A stretch of DNA of 34,998 nt, taken from NCBI GenBank assembly GCA_038120765.1, contig JAYOMI010000007.1, forward strand, positions 28,873 to 63,870, in the 5' to 3' direction. The notes under the pieces were generated by a model. It was not told the DNA's origin. It saw nothing but the letters and a program-made list of their open reading frames with translations, and did not search any database. Below, one piece after another: positions 9,968-17,919 of the stretch. Both the position numbers and the translations under genes were made by a program. The DNA is from Rhodospirillaceae bacterium (lineage in GTDB: Bacteria; Pseudomonadota; Alphaproteobacteria; MPNO01; UBA830). Each line of letters opens with the position of its first letter. Within the stretch, counting starts at the first letter, position 1.

Positions 9968-11086
9968 GTGACAGAAGCAAAAAGAATTGGCGTTCTGACG
10001 AGCGGTGGGGACTGCGCCGGGCTGAATGCCGCCATCCGGGCGGTGGCCTTTCGGGCGATAGACGGATACGGCTTTCGGGTTTTCGGAATACATCATGGCA
10101 CCCATGGTTTGATGGAGACCCCGGTGGTGGCCGAAGAGCTCACCCTGGAGCAGTTCGACGGCAATATTCTCCGGCTGGGGGGGACGATTCTGGGGTCCAT
10201 GAACCGCGGCGACCCGTTCGCCTATTCGATGCCCGACGGGACTGTCAGAGACCGCTCCGAAGAGATCATAGACGGCTACCACGAGCTTGGTCTTGACGCC
10301 CTGATCGGCATTGGCGGCGACGGCAGCCTTGCGATTCTGCGCAGGCTTGCCCTTCAGGGCGGGCTGAACCTTGTCTGCATTCCCAAGACGATCGACAACG
10401 ATGTCGACAAAACCGAAAACGCCATCGGCTATGTTACCGCCGTTGATGTCGCGTCCGAGGCCCTGGACCGGCTTCAGCCGACCGCGGCGAGCCACGACCG
10501 GGTCATGGTGCTGGAAGTGATGGGGCGGAATGCCGGACATATTGCCTTGTCCGCCGGGATTTCCGGTGGCGCCGATGCCATATTGATGCCCGAGATCCCG
10601 TGGACGACCGAAGGTCTCGCCCGGAAAATTCTCGATGTACGCAAGAACGGCCGGAATTTCGCGCTCGTGATCGTCGCCGAGGCGGCACAGCTGCCCGATG
10701 GTGAGGCCGTCGGTCGCAGACGCGCCGATGGCGGTTTCACCTTCGGCGGGGTCGGCCAGCGCGTCAGCGACCTGATCGAACAATCGACCGGCGCGGAATC
10801 GCGAATCACGGTGCTGGGACATGTCCAGCGCGGTGGCGCGCCGTCTCCGCGTGACAGGTTGTTTGCCTCCGCGTTCGGCGTTTGCGCCGTGGATCTTGTG
10901 GCGCACGGCAAGTTCGACCGCCTCGTGGTGTGGTCCAATAGGGAATGCCGCGATGTTCCGCTTGCGGATGGGATTCTAAACAGCCACCGGGTAGACCCGC
11001 ACGGAACCCTGGTGCATACCGCAGCCGGGCTCGGTATTTATATCGGCAATCCGGAGGCATCCGGTACGCAACCCGGGGCGGTCTGA
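9968..11086 (+). CDS. pfkA: 6-phosphofructokinase (group III, probably ATP-dependent)
   Basis: TSGGDCAGLNA, GGTILG, GGDGS, PKTIDND, EVMGR and LGHVQRGG motifs; GTG start. Confidence 0.95.
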   Translation: MTEAKRIGVLTSGGDCAGLNAAIRAVAFRAIDGYGFRVFGIHHGTHGLMETPVVAEELTLEQFDGNILRLGGTILGSMNRGDPFAYSMPDGTVRDRSEEIIDGYHELGLDALIGIGGDGSLAILRRLALQGGLNLVCIPKTIDNDVDKTENAIGYVTAVDVASEALDRLQPTAASHDRVMVLEVMGRNAGHIALSAGISGGADAILMPEIPWTTEGLARKILDVRKNGRNFALVIVAEAAQLPDGEAVGRRRADGGFTFGGVGQRVSDLIEQSTGAESRITVLGHVQRGGAPSPRDRLFASAFGVCAVDLVAHGKFDRLVVWSNRECRDVPLADGILNSHRVDPHGTLVHTAAGLGIYIGNPEASGTQPGAV

Positions 11087-11118
11087 TCCGGGTACGAGTT
11101 CAAACAAGGAGCGATTGA

Positions 11119-11676
11119 TTGGCTGAATTTCCCGAACACCCTTTCTGGGATTTTTCTCTCGGCGTCTACATGTCCGACGGCGTCGGCGCGGCCTGCCTGG
11201 AATTGCAGGATGCGCATGAACTGGATGTGAATGTCCTGTTGTTTTGCATGTGGCAGGGCGCGTCCGGCCGCGGGGCGTTGAGCGCAGAGGACATGAAAAC
11301 CGTTCTGGCAGCTGTCGAAGAATGGCATCACGACGTCGTTCGCGCATTGCGTGCGGTGCGGGTGCGCATGAAAGGCGGCATGCCGCCGGCACCCGCCGAG
11401 CTGACGGAATCCCTGCGCCAGCGAATCCAGAAGGCGGAAATCGATTGCGAACATACCGAGCAGCTCATGCTTGCCGGCGCGATTGTCCGCGACCCGGATG
11501 ATTCGCTCGGCCATGAAGCGCGGCTTGCCGATGCGGTGGCGACTCTGGCCGAGTATTTTTCCGCGATCGGCAGCGTTCCCGGCGATGCGGACCGTGCCAA
11601 TATCGCCCATATGCTGGGCGTCGCATTCGGCGATCTGGATCCGGCGATAATCCGGGATGCCTGCGCCCGCTTGTAA
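11119..11676 (+). CDS. TIGR02444/DUF2390 family protein
   Basis: FWDFSL..Y...GV..ACL.LQD...LDVNVLLFC.W and LRAVR motifs; TTG start with SD AAGGAG. Confidence 0.85.
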   Translation: MAEFPEHPFWDFSLGVYMSDGVGAACLELQDAHELDVNVLLFCMWQGASGRGALSAEDMKTVLAAVEEWHHDVVRALRAVRVRMKGGMPPAPAELTESLRQRIQKAEIDCEHTEQLMLAGAIVRDPDDSLGHEARLADAVATLAEYFSAIGSVPGDADRANIAHMLGVAFGDLDPAIIRDACARL

Positions 11677-11786
11677 TATCTTTCCGCTGAAGCGGCCCGG
11701 ATGCCGGCAAAACGCCGATTTACATTTCCGGTGATCGCGGTCTAGAATTTACCCGTCCTGAATTTCAATGACGGAGAGTATGCGAC

Positions 11787-11954
11787 ATGGGTGAAAGAGA
11801 GCGGATTGAGTTTCTGAAAACGAAACATGAAGCACTCGAGACGGAGCTGAAGGATGAGAAACGAAAACTTCAGCCCAACCCTGCCACCCTGGCGGCCATC
11901 AAGAAACGAAAACTCGTCGTCAAGGACGAGATGACGCGCCTCGCACATTCCTGA
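11787..11954 (+). CDS. Second YdcH/DUF465 family microprotein (55 aa)
   Basis: Hand translation MGERERIEFLKTKHEALETELKDEKRKLQPNPATLAAIKKRKLVVKDEMTRLAHS, with SD GGAG upstream and a terminator downstream. Below the ORF-track cutoff. Confidence 0.85.
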   Translation: MGERERIEFLKTKHEALETELKDEKRKLQPNPATLAAIKKRKLVVKDEMTRLAHS

Positions 11955-11974
11955 CAGGTTGCAATAGCCCGAAG

Positions 11975-12016
11975 AAAAAGCCCGCCCCGTGATTTACGGC
12001 GCGGGCTTTGTTTTTT
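11975..12016. terminator. Bidirectional intrinsic terminator
   Basis: AAAAAGCCCGCCCCGT-gattt-ACGGCGCGGGCTTTGTTTTTT between the convergent DUF465 and trcR genes. Confidence 0.8.
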
Positions 12017-12033
12017 CGTGCACGTCTTGCGAC

Positions 12034-12648
12034 CTAGAGTTTGAATTCCGGCATTGCGGGCGTTGAGGCTTTCGGCGTTTCCTCGATCACCGGCGCTTCC
12101 GATGTGGAAACGTAGCCGGCGCGCTTCACTTCCTTGTCGAGGTCCTGACGATTGCACAGGCCGAGGCCCACCGGATCACGCGCCGTGATTGCCGCCATGT
12201 TCCAGTGAGACCGGTCGCGGATCGCCGAGATCGTCGGCTTGGTGGTGCCGATAAGACGCGAGATCTGCGCGTCTTTCAGATTCGGGAAATGCTTCACCAG
12301 CCAGGCAATCGCATCCGGCTTGTCGCCGCGTCGGGCGACCGGTGTGTAACGCGGCCCCTTGGTGCGGCTGGCCGGGCGAGGCACCGTCGTGACCGCCATC
12401 TTAAGGCGTTCGGCCGGGTCTGCCTCGCAGCGTTCGATTTCTTCCCTGGTCAGCTGACCGTTGACGATCGGGTCGTACCCGACCATGCCGACGGCAACTT
12501 CGTCATCGGCGATGCTCTGAACTTCCAGATCGTGGAGACCGCAGAACGCGCCGATCTGGCGGAACGTCAATGCGGTGTTTTCGATCAGCCACACGGCGGT
12601 GGCTTTCGGCATCAGCGGCTTGGTGCTTTCGTTTGCGTCACGGCTCAT
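12034..12648 (-). CDS. trcR: DUF1013 family cell-cycle transcriptional regulator (TrcR-like)
   Basis: PLMPKATAVWL.ENTALTF.QI..FCGLH.LEV, GPRYTP..RR.DKPDAI.W and IGTTK.TI..IRDRSHWN motifs. Confidence 0.88.
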   Translation of the reverse strand: MSRDANESTKPLMPKATAVWLIENTALTFRQIGAFCGLHDLEVQSIADDEVAVGMVGYDPIVNGQLTREEIERCEADPAERLKMAVTTVPRPASRTKGPRYTPVARRGDKPDAIAWLVKHFPNLKDAQISRLIGTTKPTISAIRDRSHWNMAAITARDPVGLGLCNRQDLDKEVKRAGYVSTSEAPVIEETPKASTPAMPEFKL

Positions 12649-12709
12649 AACGTTGTGCTCTCTTGCTACGTTCGGTGTCCAGATTGAAGACCGTCATACG
12701 GCGCGGGCG

Positions 12710-13729
12710 TCAGCCTGCGTCTTCGACCGTCAGCATTATCTTCCCGATATGGCTGCTCGATGCCATCAAGGCGTGGGCCTCGGCGGCATTCTCCAGCGGG
12801 AAGGTTTTAAAAATCAGAGGCTTGATATCGCCTTTTTCGAATAACGGCCAGAGATTCTCGTACACCGCCTTCGCGACCGCCCCTTTTTGTTCGGTCGTCC
12901 TCGGGCGCAGCGTGGATCCGGTGTAGTGAATCCGCTTGGCCATGATGGTCGGTATGAACAGTTCGACCTTGGCGCCTTTCTGTACCGCGACCTGCACCAT
13001 GCGGCCATCGGGCGCAAGGACTTCGAGGTTCCGGTTGAAATAATCGCCGCCGACCATATCCATCACGACCGAACAGCCGATGCCGCCGGTCGCTTCCTTG
13101 ACGACCTCGACGAAGTCTTCCTCGGTATAGTTGATCGCGCGGGTCGCACCGAGCTCTTCGCAGGCTTTGCACTTTTCGGCGTTCCGCGCCGTGGTGAAGA
13201 CCGTTGCGCCGAAGGCCTTCGCGACCTGTATGGCGGCGGTGCCGATACCGCCCGATCCGCCATGAATCAGAATGGTATCACCCGCCGTCAGATGCACGCC
13301 GTCGAACAGGTTCGTCCAGACGGTGAAGAAATTCTCCGGGATGGCCGCGGCTTTCAGCATATCGTAACCCTTGGGCAACGGCAGGGCCGTTGCGGTGGGA
13401 ACGACGCAGTACTCGGCATAGGCGCCGCCGGAGACAAGGGCGCAGACCTCGTCGCCGGGTGCGCATTCCGTGACGCCGCTGCCGACCGCGACGACGGTGC
13501 CGGCGAGTTCGAGGCCCGGAATATCGGTCGTGCCGGGCGGGGGCGGGTAGGCCCCCTTGCGCTGCATGGTGTCCGGAAAATTCACGCCCACGGCCGCGGT
13601 CTTCACGAGCACTTCATCCGCGCCCGGCACCGGGGTCGGACGTTTCGCAGGCTTCAATACCTCGGGGCCGCCGAACTCGGCGATCTGGATGACGGTCATG
13701 GTATCGGGTATCTCGTAAGACACGGACAT
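12710..13729 (-). CDS. NAD(P)H-quinone oxidoreductase, PIG3/MDR family
   Basis: GVNFPD..QRKG.YPPP, PENFFTVW, HGGSGGIG, GSTLRPR and HIGKI motifs. Confidence 0.92.
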   Translation of the reverse strand: MSVSYEIPDTMTVIQIAEFGGPEVLKPAKRPTPVPGADEVLVKTAAVGVNFPDTMQRKGAYPPPPGTTDIPGLELAGTVVAVGSGVTECAPGDEVCALVSGGAYAEYCVVPTATALPLPKGYDMLKAAAIPENFFTVWTNLFDGVHLTAGDTILIHGGSGGIGTAAIQVAKAFGATVFTTARNAEKCKACEELGATRAINYTEEDFVEVVKEATGGIGCSVVMDMVGGDYFNRNLEVLAPDGRMVQVAVQKGAKVELFIPTIMAKRIHYTGSTLRPRTTEQKGAVAKAVYENLWPLFEKGDIKPLIFKTFPLENAAEAHALMASSSHIGKIMLTVEDAG

Positions 13730-13814
13730 CAACGCTCGGAAATGATGGAAACTAAGGTTGCAGGTCTATCGCCTCGGCGGCACACTGGCAAGCCCGGAGA
13801 GAGGAGAATTGCAG

Positions 13815-13997
13815 GTGCTGGAAAACGACGATCTACCGAAAAACATGCCGAAACCCAAACGGGACCTCGATCCGATCTCAATCGAGGAACTGCACGAGTA
13901 TATTGCGGAGATGGAGGAAGAGATCGAGCGGGTTCGTGCCGAAATCGCCCGCAAAGAGGCCCATCGGGCCGGGGTGGAATCGATCTTCAAATCCTGA
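13815..13997 (+). CDS. DUF1192 family small coiled-coil protein
   Basis: DL..ISIEEL..YIA.MEEEI.R.RAEI..K......AxSxFK-like pattern; GTG start after SD GAGGAG. Confidence 0.82.
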   Translation: MLENDDLPKNMPKPKRDLDPISIEELHEYIAEMEEEIERVRAEIARKEAHRAGVESIFKS

Positions 13998-14199
13998 ACC
14001 GGACCGTCGCGGCCCAAAAGCGGCCCAAAGCGGAAAAATTAACGCGTTTCGGGAATTAATTTATTTCAAGATCGGGTGACCTTCCTTTGAGTCTTGCAGT
14101 AAAAATTCATAACATATTGATTTATAATAGAAAAAGTACGAAATCCCTGGCGCACGAGAATTATGCCAGGTTGAGTTTTATGAAAATTTCCCCGGTGTT

Positions 14200-14215
14200 T
14201 TAAATTTTTGTTAAC
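14200..14215 (+). promoter_or_regulatory. Perfect CtrA full site
   Basis: TTAA-atttttg-TTAAC within an AT-rich intergenic region upstream of the sRNA candidate and rcdA. Confidence 0.75.
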
Positions 14216-14239
14216 CATTTCGGCCTTATCTTCTTTTTT

Positions 14240-14337
14240 GACGGTCCGGGCGACCGGGCCGTCGAAAAGGATCCTCATCCCATCCTTTTGACGCCTCCCT
14301 GTTGACTTGAGCCGCCCTCCGGGGCGGCTCTTTTTTT
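14240..14337 (+). ncRNA. Candidate trans-acting sRNA with anti-SD (CCUC.UCCC / CCUCCCU) seeds
   Basis: Hairpin 1 GACGGTCCGG-gcga-CCGGGCCGTC; hairpin 2 AAAAGGAT-cctcatccc-ATCCTTTT; single-stranded CCTCCCTGTTGACTT; terminator GAGCCGCCC-tccg-GGGCGGCTC-T7. Confidence 0.7.
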
Positions 14338-14387
14338 AGTTTACGCTTTGTTCAGGGCATAAACGGTAAGGTAAACATCCTCTCAGG

Positions 14388-14834
14388 ATGAAAAACCAGC
14401 CAAATATGGAACGAAACGACATGTCCGGTCCGCTTGCAGCCTTTATTGAAGACGCTTATCAGGACACGCTGTCGCTGATGACCGAACTGCGCGATTTTCT
14501 CGCGGAGGTGCAGGCGGCGCCCGAAGACCCGAATGCCGACCGCGCTCCCGATGTGCGGGCGCGGATCGTCAAGGAGATTTCGTCGGTTACGCGTGATCTG
14601 ACAGAGGCTATGGCGTGGCTCTTGCTGCAAAAGGCAGTGGCTGCGGGCGAAATAACCCCCGAAGAGGCGGAAACCCGCGCGGACGGGCTGCTGACGCGGA
14701 TTGATGCCGGTCGCGTCGCCGCCGCAGACGGTGCGCCTCTGCCGGTGGAAATCCGCGGATATATGGATCGCAGCCGCCGGCTGTACGATCAGGTGATCAG
14801 CCTGCGCGAAATGGCGTCAAAACAGGCCGGCTGA
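14388..14834 (+). CDS. rcdA: DUF1465 family, regulator of CtrA degradation (ClpXP adaptor)
   Basis: EI..VT..LTEAMAWLLLQKAV..GEI and LP......MDRSRRLY motifs; DUF1192-rcdA><rpmE arrangement typical of Alphaproteobacteria. Start could be 14421. Confidence 0.8.
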   Translation: MKNQPNMERNDMSGPLAAFIEDAYQDTLSLMTELRDFLAEVQAAPEDPNADRAPDVRARIVKEISSVTRDLTEAMAWLLLQKAVAAGEITPEEAETRADGLLTRIDAGRVAAADGAPLPVEIRGYMDRSRRLYDQVISLREMASKQAG

Positions 14835-14882
14835 CGCGAAATCGCTGCTGCGGCACCTGAAATCGGCGAATGATCCGTGAAC

Positions 14883-14914
14883 GCAAAAAAGGACGCCAGG
14901 GGCGTCCTTTTTGC
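14883..14914. terminator. Bidirectional terminator between rcdA and rpmE
   Basis: GCAAAAAAGGACGCC-agg-GGCGTCCTTTTTGC. Confidence 0.88.
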
Positions 14915-14944
14915 ATTTTCGGGGCCTGGAACCGTAACCGGTTT

Positions 14945-15178
14945 TTAGCTGCCGCTGCCGAGACCCATTCCCTGGAAGCGTTTGTTGAACTTCGCCACCT
15001 GTCCGCCGGTATCGACAAGGCGCTGTGAACCGCCGGTCCATGCCGGGTGCGACTTGGAATCGATATCGAGCTTCATGGTGTCGCCCGGGGCGCCCCATGT
15101 GGAGCGGGTCTTGTAGGTCGTACCATCGGTCATCACGACGTTGATTTCGTGGTAATCGGGGTGAATATCTTTTTTCAA
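14945..15178 (-). CDS. rpmE: 50S ribosomal protein bL31 (Cys-free type)
   Basis: [10 protein letters not shown]...[14 protein letters not shown]...[11 protein letters not shown]; TTG start with SD AGGAG. Confidence 0.97.
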   Translation of the reverse strand: MKKDIHPDYHEINVVMTDGTTYKTRSTWGAPGDTMKLDIDSKSHPAWTGGSQRLVDTGGQVAKFNKRFQGMGLGSGS

Positions 15179-15275
15179 CGCATTTCTCCTGCGAAAGTCA
15201 GCGGGTTATAGGGAATGGGCGGGGGCATTGCAACAAAAACCCGCGGCGTCGCCCCGGATCGGCGGGGTTTTGCTC

Positions 15276-16679
15276 TCAGCGCTGCGTCAGCTTGAACTCG
15301 ATGCGCCGGTTGCGGCGATAGGCGACCTCGTCGTTCTGGTCGTCAAGCGGCTGAAACTGGCCGAATCCGGCGGCGACAAGCCGTTTGGCCGGCACCCCGT
15401 ATGCGCGCAGCTGTTTCACGACCGCGATCGCCCGGGCCGATGACAGTTCCCAGTTGGAGGGAAATTGCGCGGTCCGTATCGGCAGGCTGTCGGTGTGGCC
15501 GTCGACCCGCAGAACCCAGTTAAGCTCATCCGGTATGCGGTTCGAGATTTCAATCAGCGTCTTTGCGAGTTGCGCTATCTGGTCGCGGCCGCCGGGATTG
15601 AGGTCCGAGGAGGCGGATGGAAACAGCACTTCCGACTGGAACACGAAGCGGTCGCCGACGATCCGGATATCCTGCTGGTCGCCCAGCGCTTCGCGCAACC
15701 GGCCGAAAAATTCCGAACGGTAGCGGGCAAGTTCCGCGACCTTGTTGGCAAGCGCCTGGTTCAGTCGTTTGCCGAGGGCGGCGATCTGCACGTTCTGTTC
15801 CGCCGCCTTGGCTTCGGAAGCGCCAAGGGCGGCGTTGAGCCGCGCAAGCTGGCGCCGCAGTGCCACCAGTTGAAGGTTCAGCGCCGCGACCTGTTTTTTG
15901 GCCTCCGCGCTTTCGCGCTGTTCTTCGGTCAGGTCCTCGCCGATCCGCTGCGCCTGTTCGCCAAGCTCCCTGATGGTGAGGTCTTTCTGCGCGATATCCT
16001 TCTGTGCGAGCGCCGTGCGCTCCTGTTCGGTGGAGAGCTTCGCTTCGAGTTCCTTCGACCGGTCGCGCAGCGCCGTCAGGGAGGTGTCGCGGGCCTGCAC
16101 CGTGGCGGCAAGGTCGCCGACCTGCTTTTCCAGGTCCGTCCGGAGTTCCCGCAGCGCCTTCAGGTCGCGGTTGAGCTGGGCGATTTCACCGAGCTGGGCT
16201 TCAATTGTTGCTTTGTCGGCCGTCACCGATTTTCGCGCTTCCTCCAGCTCCGCGGCGGATTTGTCGGCCATGGCAAGCGCGGTATCGAGTTTGCCCTGCA
16301 GGTCGTCGCGCGCGCGCGTCGCGTCCGCCAGCATCGATTCCAGCGCGTCCTTCTGGGGCAGCAATTCGGAAAGCTGGCTCGACAGGCGTTCGCGCGTCGC
16401 GCTCGAAGCGGATAGATCGGCCGATAGCTGGGATACCTCGTCGCGGAGCCGGACATTGGCCGAACGTTCCAGCGACAGCATCTCGCCCAGCTCGGCCACC
16501 TGCCGGTTCAGGCGGTCCAGCGCCTGATTGCGCCCCGACAGCATTTCGCTCAGGAAAAACTGCGCCAGGGTAAATACCATCAGCAGGAAAATGATGATGA
16601 TCAGCAACGCCGAGAGCGCATCGACAAAGCCCGGCCATATATCGAGGGAGGATCGACGTCGCCTTAATGCGCCGGGCAT
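15276..16679 (-). CDS. MotB-like membrane protein: single TM, long coiled coil, C-terminal OmpA peptidoglycan-binding domain
   Basis: WPGFVDAL TM segment with the conserved Asp, about 270 aa of heptad-rich region, and VDGHTD, NWELSSARA and RRNRRIE motifs. Confidence 0.9.
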   Translation of the reverse strand: MPGALRRRRSSLDIWPGFVDALSALLIIIIFLLMVFTLAQFFLSEMLSGRNQALDRLNRQVAELGEMLSLERSANVRLRDEVSQLSADLSASSATRERLSSQLSELLPQKDALESMLADATRARDDLQGKLDTALAMADKSAAELEEARKSVTADKATIEAQLGEIAQLNRDLKALRELRTDLEKQVGDLAATVQARDTSLTALRDRSKELEAKLSTEQERTALAQKDIAQKDLTIRELGEQAQRIGEDLTEEQRESAEAKKQVAALNLQLVALRRQLARLNAALGASEAKAAEQNVQIAALGKRLNQALANKVAELARYRSEFFGRLREALGDQQDIRIVGDRFVFQSEVLFPSASSDLNPGGRDQIAQLAKTLIEISNRIPDELNWVLRVDGHTDSLPIRTAQFPSNWELSSARAIAVVKQLRAYGVPAKRLVAAGFGQFQPLDDQNDEVAYRRNRRIEFKLTQR

Positions 16680-16702
16680 TTAAATCTTCCCCCGCCGCGG
16701 GC

Positions 16703-17854
16703 CTATCGGCCCGCTTTTTCGGCAATCGCCGCGAGCGTGCGCGACAGGACCCGGATCTCGTTCCGCAGTTCGTCGATCATCTCGGTTCGCCCCGTGGCGG
16801 TTTCTTCGAGCAGCCGGGCAAGATGGATGTCGATATTGCGGATATGGGTCGGCACCTCGTCGCTCCCGGCACCGCCGCCGAGCGCCGGCCGGCTCAAATG
16901 CTCGTCCAGTCTCGACAGGATAGGTTTCAGGTCCATCTGGCTCTCCGCCAGTTTGACCATCAGGTTCTGTTCGGTCTTCATCTGGTCGGTCAGGGTGCCA
17001 AGACGGTCAGCAAGCTTGCTGATGCCGGTATTCGCACCGATCCGCGATTCCTCGCCCCGTTGGAGGGTGCGTTGCAGGTTTTCGAGCCCGTCTGCCGTCT
17101 GTTCCAGCAACGCCTGAACGTAGGCCGGCACGGACTGGTCGCCTTCGCCGATGGAGGCGCCGGAGCCGAGCCGTGTCTGGCCCGACAGCCAGTCCTCCAG
17201 GTCGTTGTAGAACCGGTTCTGCGCCTGACCCGCCTGGAGTTCCAGGAAGCCGAGCACCAGCGAGCCAGCGAGGCCGAACAGCGACGACGAGAACGCCGTC
17301 CCCATGCCCGATAACGGCGCCTGCAGGCCTTTCTTGAGGTCGTCGAACACCGTGCCTATTTCGCCCGACCCGACATTGAGGGTCGCGATGACGTTGCTGA
17401 CCGCGCCGATGGTCTGCAGCAGCCCCCAGAAAGTCCCCAACAGACCGAGAAAGATGAGCAGGCCGATAAGATAGCGCGAGATATCGCGGGATTCGTCCAG
17501 TCGGGAGGCGAGCCCGTCCAGAAGCGAGCGCATCGATATCGTCGACAGGCTGAACCGGGCTGTGCGTTCGCCGAGCATGGCCGCCATCGGTGCGAGCATG
17601 CGCGGTTCCGGCGCGCCCGACAGGGCCGGCTGGCCGGCGCGGAAACTTTCCAGCCAGGCGACATCGCTGGTCAGCACGAAGACGGTGCGGAAAATATAGA
17701 CGATGCCGAGAATCAGGACGCCGACGATCAGGCCGTTCAGCGCGGCGTTTGCCATGAAGGCATCGCGAATGCCGCCCGACAGAACCCCGGCGAGGCCGAT
17801 CACGGCAACAAGGAAGACGACCATTCGGATCAGGTAGCGCCGCGGGTGGGTCAT
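16703..17854 (-). CDS. MotA/TolQ/ExbB-family proton channel protein (non-flagellar)
   Basis: Two N-terminal TMs, LIFLGLLGTFWGL and GMGTAFSSSLFGL motifs, and a helical C-terminal tail. Confidence 0.88.
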   Translation of the reverse strand: MTHPRRYLIRMVVFLVAVIGLAGVLSGGIRDAFMANAALNGLIVGVLILGIVYIFRTVFVLTSDVAWLESFRAGQPALSGAPEPRMLAPMAAMLGERTARFSLSTISMRSLLDGLASRLDESRDISRYLIGLLIFLGLLGTFWGLLQTIGAVSNVIATLNVGSGEIGTVFDDLKKGLQAPLSGMGTAFSSSLFGLAGSLVLGFLELQAGQAQNRFYNDLEDWLSGQTRLGSGASIGEGDQSVPAYVQALLEQTADGLENLQRTLQRGEESRIGANTGISKLADRLGTLTDQMKTEQNLMVKLAESQMDLKPILSRLDEHLSRPALGGGAGSDEVPTHIRNIDIHLARLLEETATGRTEMIDELRNEIRVLSRTLAAIAEKAGR

Positions 17855-17919
17855 CTTCAGGTTGGCTCCGTCAGCTGTCTGTCAGCGGGATATCTCGGGA
17901 TGCGGGCATCGATCGCGCA

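Noticed and set aside
14066-14278. 70-aa minus-strand ORF in the AT-rich intergenic region, or the region as foreign DNA
   Set aside because: Atypical codon composition; better explained as promoter DNA with a CtrA box and the sRNA.
14945-15178. Cys-free bL31 as a zinc-starvation paralog
   Set aside because: The Cys-free form is the normal alphaproteobacterial bL31, and no Zur box or bL36 partner is seen.
15234-15272. Hairpin after the MotB-like gene as a terminator
   Set aside because: The stem is too imperfect to call confidently.
15276-17854. MotAB-like pair as Zorya defence or flagellar stator
   Set aside because: No zorC/D/E or flagellar genes nearby, a housekeeping context, and the long coiled coil is on the B subunit.
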